This document shows positions 1 through 13,269 of a stretch of 64,000 nt of DNA, one piece after another. Each line of letters begins with the position of its first letter. Position 1 is the stretch's first letter. The notes below the pieces were generated by a model. It did not search any database and was not told the DNA's origin. It worked only from the letters and a program-made list of their open reading frames with translations. The stretch comes from Anaeramoeba ignava BMAN (lineage: Eukaryota > Protista > Anaeramoebae): positions 496,001-560,000 of the forward strand of contig JAPDFW010000060.1 in assembly GCA_028826165.1 (NCBI GenBank), written 5' to 3'. Position numbers and translations under genes: made by a program.

Positions 1-3000
1 AATGAAATATTCCAGAATGCTCCACATCCATTTTCTTGAATTTCTTCATTTTCTGGGAATTTATTCATTGCTGACATTATTGTTTCAACTCCTTTCACTT
101 CTTTATTTTCTTTTAATTTTAATTTTGATTTTAATTTTGATTTTAATTTTAATTTTAATTTTGATTTTAATTTTAATTTTAATTTTAATTTTAATACTAA
201 ATAAGATATTCATAAAAATCGCACATCCATTTTCTTGAATTTCTTCATTATTTATAAAAATTTCCATTGATTTTAGAACAATATCAATTCCATTACTTTC
301 ATCAAAATGTTTTTGTTTTTCTTTTTTTTTGTGTTTATATGTAAATTAATATCTTTCTTTTTCTCATTTGTTTTTGATTTTTTTTAAAAAGATAACTCAC
401 TTTCATTATTAAATGATAAAATATTCAATATTAATCCTAATCCATTTATTTGAATTCTTTCACTATTTGGAAAATTCTTCATTATTTGAATTATCATTTC
501 TATTCCATTCAGTTCAGATATTTTGGTTCCATTTTCTGTTTTATTTTTATTTTTATTTTTCAGAAAAAGAAAATGTGCTTATTTGATAATTTCCAAATCT
601 TTATTTACCTTCTTCATATGCAATGTTCATTAAAGCTCTACTTCCTTTTTCTTGAATTTGTTCATTTTTTGAAAAATTATTCATTGCTTGTAAAATTGTT
701 TCAATTCCTTTCATTTCTCTAATTCTTATTTGATTTTCTAATTTGAATTTGATTTTGATTTTGAATTTGAATTTGGATTTGATTTTGAATTTGGTTTTGA
801 TTTTGATTTTGATTTTGAATTTGAATTTGATTTTGATTTTGAATTTGATTTTGAATTTGATTTTGAATTTGAATTTGAATTTGATTTTAATTTTGATTTT
901 GATTTTGAATTTGAATTTGAATTTGAATTTGATTTTGAATTTGAATTTGATTTTGATTTTAATTTTGAATTTGATTTTGATTTTGATTTTGATTTTGAAT
1001 TTTGGATTTGATTTTGATTTTGATTTTGATTTTGATTTTGATTTTGAATTTGAATTTGATTTTGAATTTGATTTTGATTTTGATTTTACTTTTATCAAAT
1101 GCAAGATTTGCTAATGCACTAAATCCTTGAAATTGTATTTCTACTCGATTTGAAAAATTATTCATTGCTTGTAAAATTGTTTCAATTCCTTTCATTTCTC
1201 CAATTCTTATTTGATTTTCTAATTTGAATTTGAATTTGAATTTGAATTTGAATTTGAATTTGAATTTGATTTTGAATTTGAATTTGATTTTGATTTTACT
1301 TTTATCAAATGCAAGATTTGCTAATGCTCTAAATCCTTGAAATTGTATTTCTACCCGATTTGAAAAATTATTCATTGCTTGTAAAATTGTTTCAATTCCT
1401 TTCATTTCTCCAATTCTTATTTGATTTTCTAATTTGATTTTGATTTTAAATTTGGATTTGAATTTGAATTTGAATTTGATTTTGATTTTGATTTTGATTT
1501 TGATTTTGATTTTGAATTTGATTTTGATTTTCATTTTGATTTTTCTTTTTTTTTTAAATTACCTTTGCTATTAAATCCAATATTAGATAAACATAAACAT
1601 CCTTGATATTGAATTTCCATTCTATCTAAAAATCTATTCATTGTTTCAATAACTCTTTCGATCCCTTTTAATTCAAATATTTCTTTTCGATATTCTTTGA
1701 TTTTTAATTTCAATATCATAATTTAGTTTTGGATTTTCTATTTTTAGATTTTTTTTTTGTTAGTTTTACCCTCATCATCTCCAATAACACTTAAAATTGC
1801 ACACCCATTTTCTTGAATAATTGGATTATCCACAAATTTATTCATTACTTTAATAACTATTCCAATTTCTTTCATTTTTATAATACCAAGGTCATTTTCT
1901 TGTTCTTGTTCACTTTCTTTTTCAAAAAAAAAAACAAACAAATTTAATTTTTGGATAAGTTTTGAAAATAATTTAGATTTACCTTTAAATCTTAATAAAT
2001 TTAATGAAACATTCCTTAATACTCCACACGCTCTTTCTTGGATATATACATTTTCTGAAAAATTATTCATCATTTTTATAAGAATTTCAATTCCTTTCAT
2101 GTTTCTAATTTCTTTCTGAATTTCTTTTTTGATTTGTGAATTTTTAAGTTTTTAATCTTGAATTTTTAAATTTTTTCATCTTTACCTTGTTCATTAAATG
2201 AGAGAATTGTTAATAATTCACATCCTTTTCCTTGAATTTTCCCATCATTTTCAAATTTAATCATTATCTTAAAAATTGTTTCAATTCCTTTCAATTCAAA
2301 TATTTCTTTTTTATTTTCTTGTTTTGTTTTGTTTTGTTTTGTTTTGTTTTTCAACAATTAAATTGAATTAAATTTTGTAATTTCTTTTTTTTCATTATAA
2401 ATACGTTTATTCTGAAATGAAATGTTCAATAAAGCTCCAAATGCTTTTTTTGAAATTTCTTTATTCTCAGAAAAATTATTCATTGCTTTAATGATTGTTT
2501 CAATTCCTTTAGAATCTCTAATTTCATTTTGTTTCTCTGATTTTCATTTTGATTATTTTAGAATAATTTCATTATTATTTATTTTTATTTAATTTACTGT
2601 TATTAAATGCAATATTTCTTAAAAATTCGCATCCTTTATATAAAATATTCTGATTGGATGAAGATTTCTTCATTGTTTCGATAATGATTTTTTCGATTTC
2701 TTGATCTTCAAAAAATTCTGAATTTTTTAAATTTTAAATTTTAAATTTTAAATTTTTATTTTTGATTTTGAACAAAATTACCTTTGTTTTCATGAGAAAT
2801 ACTTGCTAAAATACAAAATCCATTTTCTTGTATTTCTTGATTATTTGGAAATTTATCCATTGACATTATTATTGTTTCAACTCCTTTTAATCTCAAAATT
2901 TCTTTTTGATTTTCTTTTAAATTATATAAATTTTCGTTATTAATTTCCTAAATTTATTTTTCTGGTTTTAGTTTTATTATTTTTTTTACTAATATTGAGA

Positions 3001-6000
3001 GAAGAAATACTCAATAAAGCTCCACATCCTTGGGATTGAATTTCTTGATTATTTGGGAAATTTTCCATTGCTGTTAGAATTGTTTCAATTCCTTCCAATT
3101 TTCTTATTTTTTGTTGGTTTTCTTTTAAATTATATAAATTTCCATTATTAATTCTCTAAATTTATATTGTTTTCTTTTTCAATTAATTTTTTTTACTAAT
3201 ATTGAGAGAAGAAATACTCAATAAAGCTCCACATCCTTGGGATTGAATTTCTTGATTATTTGGGAAATTTTTCATTGTTGTTAAAATTGTTTCAATTCCT
3301 TCCAATTCTCCAATTTTTTTTTGGTTTTCTTTTAAATTATATAAATTTCCATTATTAATTTCCTAAATTTATTATTTTGTTTTCCCAATTTTTTTTATAC
3401 CTTCATTATTTGAAGAAATATTTAATAAAGCTCCACATCCTTGGGATTGAATTTCTTGATTATTTGGAAAATTATTCATTAATTTAATAATTAATTCAAT
3501 TCCTTTCAATTCTCCAATTTTTTTTTTGTTTTCTTTTAAATTATATAAATTTCCATTATTAATTTCCTAAATTTATTATTTTGTTTTCCAATTTTTTTTT
3601 ATACCTTTATTATTTAAAGAAATATTTATTAAAACTTCACTTCCTTGATACTGAATTTCTTGATTATTTGGAAAATTATCCATTAATTTAATAATTAATT
3701 CAATTCCTTTCAATTCTCCAATTTTTTTTTGATTTTCTTTTAAATTATATAAATTTCCATTATTAATTTCCTAAATTTATTATTTTGTTTTCCAATTTTT
3801 TTTTATACCTTCATTATTTAAAGAAATATTTAATAAAGCTCCACATCCATAATACTCAATCAGTTGATTATTTGGAAAACTGTTCATTAATTGGATAATT
3901 ATTTCAATTCCTTCTAATTTTCCAATTTCTTTTTGGTTTTCTAATTTTTTTTTTTTTGAAAATATGAATTAATTTCAAAATGTGGAATTTGAATTTGATT
4001 TGCGTTTTTTTTACTTTCATTATTAAAAGCAAGATTTAATAAAGCTCCACATCCATTTTCTTGAATTAGTTGATTATTTGGAAAATTGATCATTGCTTTT
4101 AAAATTAATTTAATTCCTTCTAAATTCCCAATTTTTCTTTGGTTTGCTAAATTTTTTTTTTTTGAAAATATGAATTAATTTCAATCTAAATTTTGATTTA
4201 ATTTAATTTGTATTTTTTTTACTTTCATTATTAAAAGCAAGATTTAATAAAGCTCCACATCCATTTTCTTGAATTTCTTGATTATTTGGAAAATTGATCA
4301 TTGATATAATAATTGTTTCGATTGCTTTTAATTTGCTAATCTTTTTTTGATTTTCTATTTTTTTCTTTCAGTATTTTATAATTAAATAATAACAAAAAAA
4401 ACATTTTTTTACCTTCTTCAAATGAAATATTTAATATAACTCGACATCCATAAAATTGAATTTCTTCATTATTTAAGGAATTATTCATTGTATCAAGAAT
4501 TGTTTGAAGTTTTTCTGTTTCTGAAAATATAATTTGAAATTCTTTCATTTCCATAAATAAATAAATAAATAAAAACAGATTAAATTCGTAAAATAATCTT
4601 CATAATAAAATGATTTTGATTTTGATTTTGATTTATTTTACCATTTGAAAGTGTTATATTTCCCAAAGTATATAATCCTTGTGATTGGATATATTTTATA
4701 TTTGGAAAATTCGATAATAGTCTTATTACTATATCAATTCCATTTGATTTTTGGATTTCAATTCTATTTGCTAATTTTATTATTTTTAATTTTGAATTTC
4801 ATTTTGAATTTCATTTTGTATTTGATTTTTGATAATTTACTTTCACTAATAGCCATGTTTGCTAAAGCTCCACATCCATAAAACTGAATTTCTTCATTAT
4901 TTGGGAAATTTTCCATTGCTTCAATAATATCATCAAATGCTCTTAATTTCCGAATTTGAGATAGATTTTCTATTTTTTGATTTTTTGATTTTTTGATTTT
5001 TTGATTTTTTGATTTTTTGATTTTTTGATTTTTTGATTTTTTAAAATAATACTTTTATTATTAAAAGCAAGATTTCCTAAAATACCAGCTCCTCTGTATT
5101 GAATAATTTGATGATCTTTGAATTTATTCATTACTTGTTGAACTTTTTTAATTCCATCCAATTTGTCAATTTCTTTTTTACTTTCTTTTGATTTAATTTA
5201 ATTTAATTTAATTTGATTTAATTTGATTTTGATTTGATTTTGATTTAATTTAATTTGATTTTGATTTGATTTGATTTTGATTTTATTTGATTTTATTTAA
5301 TTTAATTTGATTTAATTTGATTTAATTTTGATACCATAATGAACTGAAAGAGATAATAAAGCACCAAGTGCATATTCTTGAACAATTGAGTTAAAAGAAA
5401 AATCATCCATTTCTTTCATAATAATTTCAATTCCATTTAGTTTTAGTATTTCATTTTGATTTTCTGTTTATTTTTAATATGTAAAAAAAAAATTTAAGAA
5501 TAAATTCTTTTGGGTTTATTATTTTTACTATTTTTTTTTTGATTAATTACGATTATTATTTTCAGCAATATTCATCAGTGCATAGCATCCTTTCCATTGA
5601 ATATCTTGACTATTAGGGAAATTCTTCATTGATCTGATAATGAGTTCAATTCCTTTTAATTCACGAATTTCATCTTGACTTTCTGTAAAATACACAAAAA
5701 AAAAAGTATATTAAAGATAAAATTACAATTATATTATAATATCAAAATGAAAAACATCTTCATTTTATTTACCATAATCAAAAGCAATATTCAATAAAGC
5801 ATCGCAACCTTTCTTCTGTATATTTTGGTTATTTGAAAAATTGTTCATTGATTTAATTATAGTTTCTATTCCTTTCAAATCTCGAATCTTTTTTTGATTT
5901 CCTTTATTATTATTATTGATTATTGATTATTGATTATTGATTAAAAAACTTTGTTTTTTCTTTTTGTTTTTCTTTCTTTGTAATGTAATATTTGAAATTT

Positions 6001-9000
6001 TTGATTTACGGTTATTTTGATTACTAATTTCAACCAAAGAATGAAGTCCCATAAGTTGAATTTTTTCATTAAATGGGAAATTATTTAATGCCTTAAGGAT
6101 AAGTTGAATTCCATCCAAATTTCCAATTTGAGTTTGATTTTCTATTTATTTTTTAGTTTATTATTTAGTTTTTCTATTTTTTTAGTTTTTATGAATTTTA
6201 TTATACCAATATTGCCAGTAGATAAATGTAGCAACGTTATACATCCATATTCCTGAATTCTTTTACTATTTGGAAACTTTTTCATCGCTTCAATTACTGG
6301 TTTAATTCCATCCAATTTTCTCATTTCAATCCGATTTTCTGTTTTTATTTTTTTTGAAAAATTGTTTGAATTATTATTATCATTTCAAAAAAAAAATTAT
6401 GTTCAATAAATTCTAGAAATTTGTTCTTACGATTATTTTCTGCTAGACTCAATATAAACCTGGATCCATATAGTTGAATTTTCTTATTATTAGGAAAATT
6501 ATTGATTGACTGAATAACTGGTGTAATCCCTTTCAGGTTTTTAATTTCGATTTTATTTTCTATTTTTTTTTTGTTTTTATAATATGAGTTATAAATTAAA
6601 ATTTGCCAGGAAATGTTTTCTTTTCTTTTCTTTTCTTTTCTTTTCCTCCAAATACCATGATTATTTAAGCAATTATTTATCAAAATTAAAAGTGATTTTG
6701 ATTGAATATTTTCATTATTAGGGAAATTTATTAATAATTTAAGGATTGTCTCGAATCCTCTTAATTCACGAAATTGTACAGGAAGTACTATTTTTCAATT
6801 TATTATTATTTATTATTTATTATTTATTATTTTTTATTAATGGTAAAAAATTACAATTTTCATCATAAAAACTATTTATTAAAAAATCACATCCATCAAT
6901 CTGAATTTTTTCATTATTTGGGAAAGTATTCATTGATTTAATGACTGATTCCATCCCTTGATTATTTATGGCTTCAGTTTTATTTTCTGGTTTATTTCAG
7001 TTTATTTCAATTAAATCTAAATAATCAAACAATTTCTTTTTCTTTTTCTTTTTCTTTTTTTTTTTTTTACCTTGATTATTGTAAACGAGATGTGACATCA
7101 ACTCAACTCCAATTTTTTGGATATTTTGATTATATATTGAATTATTTAATGTTTTAAGAATTAATGGAATTCCTTCTAATTTTCGAATTTGATTTTGGAT
7201 TTCTTATTTTATTTTCAATAAGGAAAAAAAAAATTTTCTTCTTCAATTTCAATTTTAATTTTAATTTACCAAAATTTTGATAAGTAATAACTATTAAAAT
7301 CTTAAAAACTTGATCAATTAATGTTTGATTGTTAGGAAAATTCTTTAATATTCTCAAAACTTTTTGAGATCCATTAAGTCTTGTAAATTCATCTTGATTT
7401 TCTAGTAATGCAAAAAAAAAAGGATATTATTTATTATTTATTTTGATATTTTGATATTTACCTTTAATATGTGAAATAATATGATATAAAGCTCCACATC
7501 CTTTGAATTGAATATTTTCATCTAATTCAAATTCATCTATAGCTTTAAATATTGCTAAAATTCCGTTCATTCTCCTAATTTCATTTTTGTTTTCTTTATT
7601 TTTATTGAAATTTAAATTGATTTAAATTTTCAAAACTATTTCCTCATTTTTTTTTTTCAAAAATACCTTCATTATCAATAGCAAAATTCCAAAAAGCTCC
7701 ACATCCATATTCTTGTACTTGTTGAAAATTTTGGTGAGTATTCATTGCTGTGACAATCTTTGGGATTGCATTCAATTTTCTAACTAAAAGTTGTGTATCT
7801 TTATTAAATGTAAATTTGTTTAATAAATGCAAATTTGTTTAATAATTGCGAATTTAATCACTTTTGTTATAAGGAGTGATATTTAACAAAGAATTGAGTG
7901 CTCTTGATTGAATAACTTCATTGTTTCGGAAATTATCCATTGCTTTAGTTATTTGTTCAATTCCTCCCAGTTTTCCAATTAAATTTTGATTTTCTATTAA
8001 TGGTTATGGATTAATCAAATTGGAAGAAGTAAAAGAAAAACGAAAAACCTTATTTTTTATTTTGTTTATAATTTACCCAAATTTTCAGCTCCAAGATTCA
8101 AAATTGCCATAAGTGATACTTTTTGGAGATTTTCATTGTTTGGGAAATTAGTCATTGATCTGATTATTGGTTCAATTCCTTTGAATTTTCGAATCTCATC
8201 TTGTGGTTCTTTTTTTGTTTTGTTTTGTTTTGTTTTTTTGTGAATTTTTAATTTGTTATTTTTTTAAACAAATCACCTTTTTCATTAGCAAGTAATCCTA
8301 GAATTTGACAAGAATATATTTGAATACTTGGTTTACTTGGGTGATTATTCAATGCTCTGACAATTGGTTCAATTCCTTTCAATCTAAAAATTTCTTTGGA
8401 GTTTTCTGTTGTTGTTTTTTTATTGCAATTAATTTAATTATGAAATTGTCTTGTTTTAAATACCTTTATTCCCAAAAATAAGATGTAATAAACAAAATAT
8501 TCCATTTTGTTGAAGTATTTGATTATTTGGGAAATTATTCAATGCTTTTATAATAATCTCAATTCCATTTAATCCTATAACTTGATGATGAGTTTGATTT
8601 ACTTTGTTTTGTTTTTTGAATTTCAATTTGTTTGTTTTTTTTTTTAGAAAAGGAAGATTATCAACAATAACCATTATATATTATTCATTTTTTGATTAAA
8701 TCAATTTACTTTGTGGAGTAATATATATTGATAATATTTCCATTCCAAAATCTTGAATAAGTTCAGTCATTGAAAATTTTGACATTGCTCTAATTACTGC
8801 TTCAATTCCGTTTAATTTTTCTACTTCCACTTGATTTTCTGAAATTGTTTTTTTTTTTTTTTTGGAATGAATAAAAAAATTTTTTTTTGATTTTTTTGGA
8901 ATGAATAATTTTTACCTTTAAGAGAAGAAATAGTGGCTAAAGATCCACATCCAACAAATTGAACTTCATCATTATTTGGGAAATTATTCATTGCCTTGAT

Positions 9001-10210
9001 TATTGGTAGAATTCCATTCAATTTTGGAATTTTGATTTTATTTTCTATTTATTTAATTTTTGAAGAAATTTGAAATTTAAAATTGATTTGATTTGATTTA
9101 ATTTAATTTTTAATTTGATTTAATTTGATTTGATTTGATTTTTACGAGAATCAATAGCAAGATTTCCCAAAGCACGACATCCATAAATTTGGATATTTAA
9201 ATGATTTGGAAAAGTATTTATTGCTTTCAAAATTATTTCAATTCCTCCAAGTCTTCCAATTTCACTTAGAATTTCTTATTTTATTTCAAATTTTATTAAA
9301 TTGTATAAATAAATTGATTTCTTTTTTAAGAAAATTATTTATTCATTCATTCATTCATTCATTCATTCGTTTGTTTTTACCTTTATTATGAAAAGAAGAA
9401 GCCCATAATGCAGTACATCCTTTTTGTTGAATATCTGAATAACTTAAGAAATTATTCATTGCTTTTAAAATTGTTTCTATTCCTCCAAGTCTTTTAATTT
9501 CATTTTGATTTTCTGTTTGATGATCTTATTAATTATATTATATTAATTTTTTTCTTTTCGAAATTTTTGGATTTTGGAAATTTTACTTTCATCATTTTGC
9601 AAAATATCTATTAAAAAATCTAAACTTTGAGATTGGGCATCTGGATCATTTGAAAAAAAATTCATTTCCTGAATAATTTCTTGAATTTGGTTTATTTCTT
9701 GATATTGGGATTGATCTAGAACTGAATAATAATTTTAGATTTTTAGATTTTTATATTTTTAGATTTTTAGATTTTTAGATTTTTAGATTTTTAGATTTTT
9801 AGATTTTTACAATAATTTGTTTCATTCATTCCTTGATAACCCATAATATCATTTAAAGGATTAAATATATTTTGTTCTTGAGGAAAAACTAAGGAAAGGA
9901 AAAGAGAAAATTATTTCAATAATAAGTAATTGATTGAAAAAAATTTACATTCAATAAAATTTGGTTGGCTTGAACTTAATTGATTTAAATTTGGTTGTTG
10001 ATTTAAATTTGATTGTTGATTTAAATTTGGTTGATTTAAATTTGGTTGATTTAAACTTGTTTGATGATTTAAATTTGTTTGTTGATTTAAATTTGGTTGT
10101 TGATTTAAATTTGTTTGTTGATTTAAATTTGGTTGTTGGTTTAAATTTGGTTGGGAGAGACTCTGTAAAAGAATTTGTAAAAGTTCTTCATCTGATAATT
10201 TTTTCGACAT
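1..10210 (-). CDS. Armadillo-repeat protein (LRRK2-N/aardvark-like ARM array), at least 47 exons, 3' end outside window
   Basis: ATG at 10210. Exons 10210-9949 (Q/N-rich), 9888-9811, then one ARM-like repeat per exon, e.g. 9721-9587, 9512-9381, 9274-9146, 9044-8916 ... 3328-3197, 3121-2990 ... 1428-1300, 1218-1090, 737-609, 535-401, 320-198, 109-<1. Repeat consensus ENQKKIxELxGIExIIxxMxNFPNNxEIQxxGCGALLNIxxNN. All introns GT-AG and frame preserved. Confidence 0.88.
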
Positions 10211-10713
10211 TTTAATTAAATTTTTATTGAAAATTTTTTGTTATTATTATTATTGTTGTTATTATTAAAATTAAATGAGTGAAGTTTAAAAAAAGATTTT
10301 GTAATTGAGAATTTTATTTTGTTTAAAAAGAAAAGAAAAGAAAAGAAAAGAAAAATGAAATTCAAAAACAGAATTTTTTTTTGGTTTTTTTTTATTTTTT
10401 TTTTTTGAAGTATTTAAAAGAATTTTGCTTTCGTGAAATTGATCAGAAAAGAAAATAAAAGAAAAAGAAAAGAAAAGAAAAGAAAAAAAGAAAAAAAAAG
10501 AAAAAAGAAAAAGAAAAAAGAAAAAAGAAAAGAAAAAGAAAAATTTTTTCAAATTGAAATAAGAATTTCAACAAAATTACTAAAATAACAAATGAAATTT
10601 ATATAAATAAACGAAAATAAAATGGTACTCTTTTTTGTTTTCTTTGAGAAATCTATTTTTAATTGATTATTTTTAATTGATTCTTTTTAATTTTTTGTTT
10701 TGATTGATTATTT

Positions 10714-13031
10714 TTAATTGATTCTTTTTGATTTTTTGTTGAGAAAAACACGAATAATTCCTGTAAAATCACAAGTAATAAAAATCATTCCAAATGAATT
10801 ATTATCATTATTTTGAATTTGATTTGTATTTGTATTATTTGTATTTTCATTTTGATTTTGATTTTGATTTTGATTTTGATTTTGATTTTGATTTTGATTT
10901 TGATTTTGATTTTGATTTTGATTTTGATTTTCATTTTGATTTTGATTTTGATTTTGATTTTGATTTTGATTTTCATTTTGATTTTGATTTTGATTTTCAT
11001 TTTGATTATTTTTTGTTTCTTGATCTATTGATTTTGTGTTTCTTTTTTTGTTTTCATATTTATTCATTGGATAATGATAAATATTAGAAATATTTTTTGG
11101 TGTAAAAATTGCACTTGTAATAATATTTTCTGAAATTTGAATTTTTTCATATGATTCATTTCTATATTGTTGTTTTTTAGCAATTTTTTTAGAAATTGTT
11201 TGATCTAGATCTTTTTCCCAAATATAAACACAACCATCTTCAGAACCACAAATAATAAAGTTATTATAACTTTATAAGTGAATTTTTTTTTAAAAAAATT
11301 GAAATGTTAATTTTTTTGAATTATTTTGAATTTTTTTGGTAAATTTACGAAAGAAAAGCTTTAATTTGATTTTTTGTGTTTTGATGTCCTTGATATTTTC
11401 GAATTAATGAATAATCAGATAGTTGATATAAACGAATACGAGAATCATTTGATGTAAATAAAATATATTTATCATCTTGAGTAAATTCAATCCCAGTAAT
11501 TTTCTTACCAGATTTATTTTTCCCTCTTTTAGAACGAACATGAAGTCTTGTAATATATTCCAAATCCTATTAGAAGAAAAAGGAAGTTTAAGTTTTTAAA
11601 TAAATTAATAAATAAATTAATAAATAAAATAATAAATAAATTAATAAATAAATTAATAAATAAATTAATAAATAATTTAATAAATAATTTAATAAATAAA
11701 TAAATTAATAAATAAATTAATAAATAAATTAATAAATAAATTAATAAATAAATTAATAAATAAATTAATAAATAAATTAATAAATAAATAAATAAATAAA
11801 TTAATAAATAAATTAATAAATAAATTAATAAATAAATTAATAAATAAATTAATAAATAAATTAATAAATAAATTATTAAATAAATTAATAAATAAATTAA
11901 TAAATAAATTAATAAATAAATTAATAAATAAATTAATAAATAAATTAATAAATAAATTAATAAATAAATTAATAAATAATTTAATAAATAAATTTAAATA
12001 AATTAATAAATAAATTGTTAAATAAATTAATAAATAAGTTGTTAAATAAATTTTTAAATAGAATTTTGATGTTTAAATGGATGATTAAATGAATTTGGAT
12101 GTAAATCAACCTTGGATTCATAAAAATGACACATTCCATTATATGAAGCAGTAGTAATAATATTTCCAAGGTTACTAAAACAAGCAGCAGTAATTAAATC
12201 CTTTGTATCAACATAATAAAGAATTTTTTTATCTTGAATACTCCAAATACGGATTTTATCATCAAAACAACCTGTAATAAACAGAAGATCACTTTTGGGA
12301 TGAAATTGGACAGAAGTAACGAAGTCAGGATGTTGGAAAACAAGAACAGATTGATGATTTTTTTTGTCCCATCTTCTGACAGTTTTATCAATTGAAGCTG
12401 TCAAAATTGTGCCATTTTTTCCCCATGAAATATCCAAAATATCAGCAGAATGACCATGAAATTCATGGATAGGATCCTGTGCAAACAACGGAAATTCAGA
12501 CGCAACTGCCTGTTTAAATTTCAGTTGGTCTTGTTCTTGTTTGATTTTTTTTTTCAACTTTCGACCCAATTTAACTTTTTCATTTTCTTCAACTTCTTTG
12601 CTTTTTTTCCCCTGTTGTTTTTGAACTTCAAGAATGATTTTGCGCTGCTCATCATGCTGCTCTTGTTGCGTAGTTAAAACCTTCCAGACCCTCAACACCA
12701 TATCCTGTCCTCCAGTTGCCATTTCAAAGCCATCGCAACTGAACTTAACTGCCCAGATGGCGCCTGTGTGACTATCTATTTCCTGAATGCAGTGCACGTT
12801 GCCAAAATTCCCCTGTTTTTTCTTGTGCAATGCATTCCCAAAGAAATTGTTATGTGTGTCTTTCTGTATTTTCTCTGTTTCATTGGCAACTTTTGTTGGC
12901 CCGAAAATGTCTTCGGGATCAACAGCTTTCTCAATTTTTATATCAATTTCTGATAGTGTTATAATTTGGTTTGTGTTGATATTCTTTACAAATGAAAACT
13001 CACTTGGATCTTTTGGTGGCGGATCAGTCAT
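10714..13031 (-). CDS. WDR44: WD40-repeat protein, WDR44/Rab11BP-like
   Basis: Exons 13031-12111, 11566-11349, 11269-10714. WD motifs HTGAIWAVKFS, GHSADILDISW, FQHPDFVTSVQFHP; DLEYITRLHVRSKRGKNKSGKKITGIE and IICGSEDGCVYIW match WDR44-family sequence. Confidence 0.82.
11600..12055. repeat. Intronic 12-nt tandem repeat (TAAATAAATTAA)n
   Basis: Read directly; fills intron 1 of the WD40 gene. Confidence 0.9.
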
Positions 13032-13269
13032 TTATTTTAATTTAAATTTATAAATAAATATGAAGATTAAAAAAAAAAAATGAAAAAAAAATTAAAAAAA
13101 AAAAGTTTTTTAAATAATAAAATTAAAAGGAAAAAAAATTTTTTTTTTTAATCAAAAAATTTTTAATAATAAAAATAAAAAAATTGGACAATTTTGATTT
13201 AATTAATTTAATAGATTTAATTTAGATTTAATTAATTTTAATAAATTTAATTTTGATTTAATTTTGATT

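Noticed and set aside
601-1534. ORFs with long KIKIKF / ILILIL / DFDFDF tracts (also 15844-16165, 19155-19511, 26954-27214, 31680-31991, 38847-39491, 49995-50691, 57506-57939)
   Set aside because: Stop-free translations of intronic or intergenic microsatellites; real exons are bounded by GT-AG sites around them.
2782-4354. Regular about 205-nt periodicity resembling a CRISPR or repeat-spacer array
   Set aside because: Units are coding exons plus spliceosomal introns; no short identical palindromic repeat, no cas genes, eukaryotic context.
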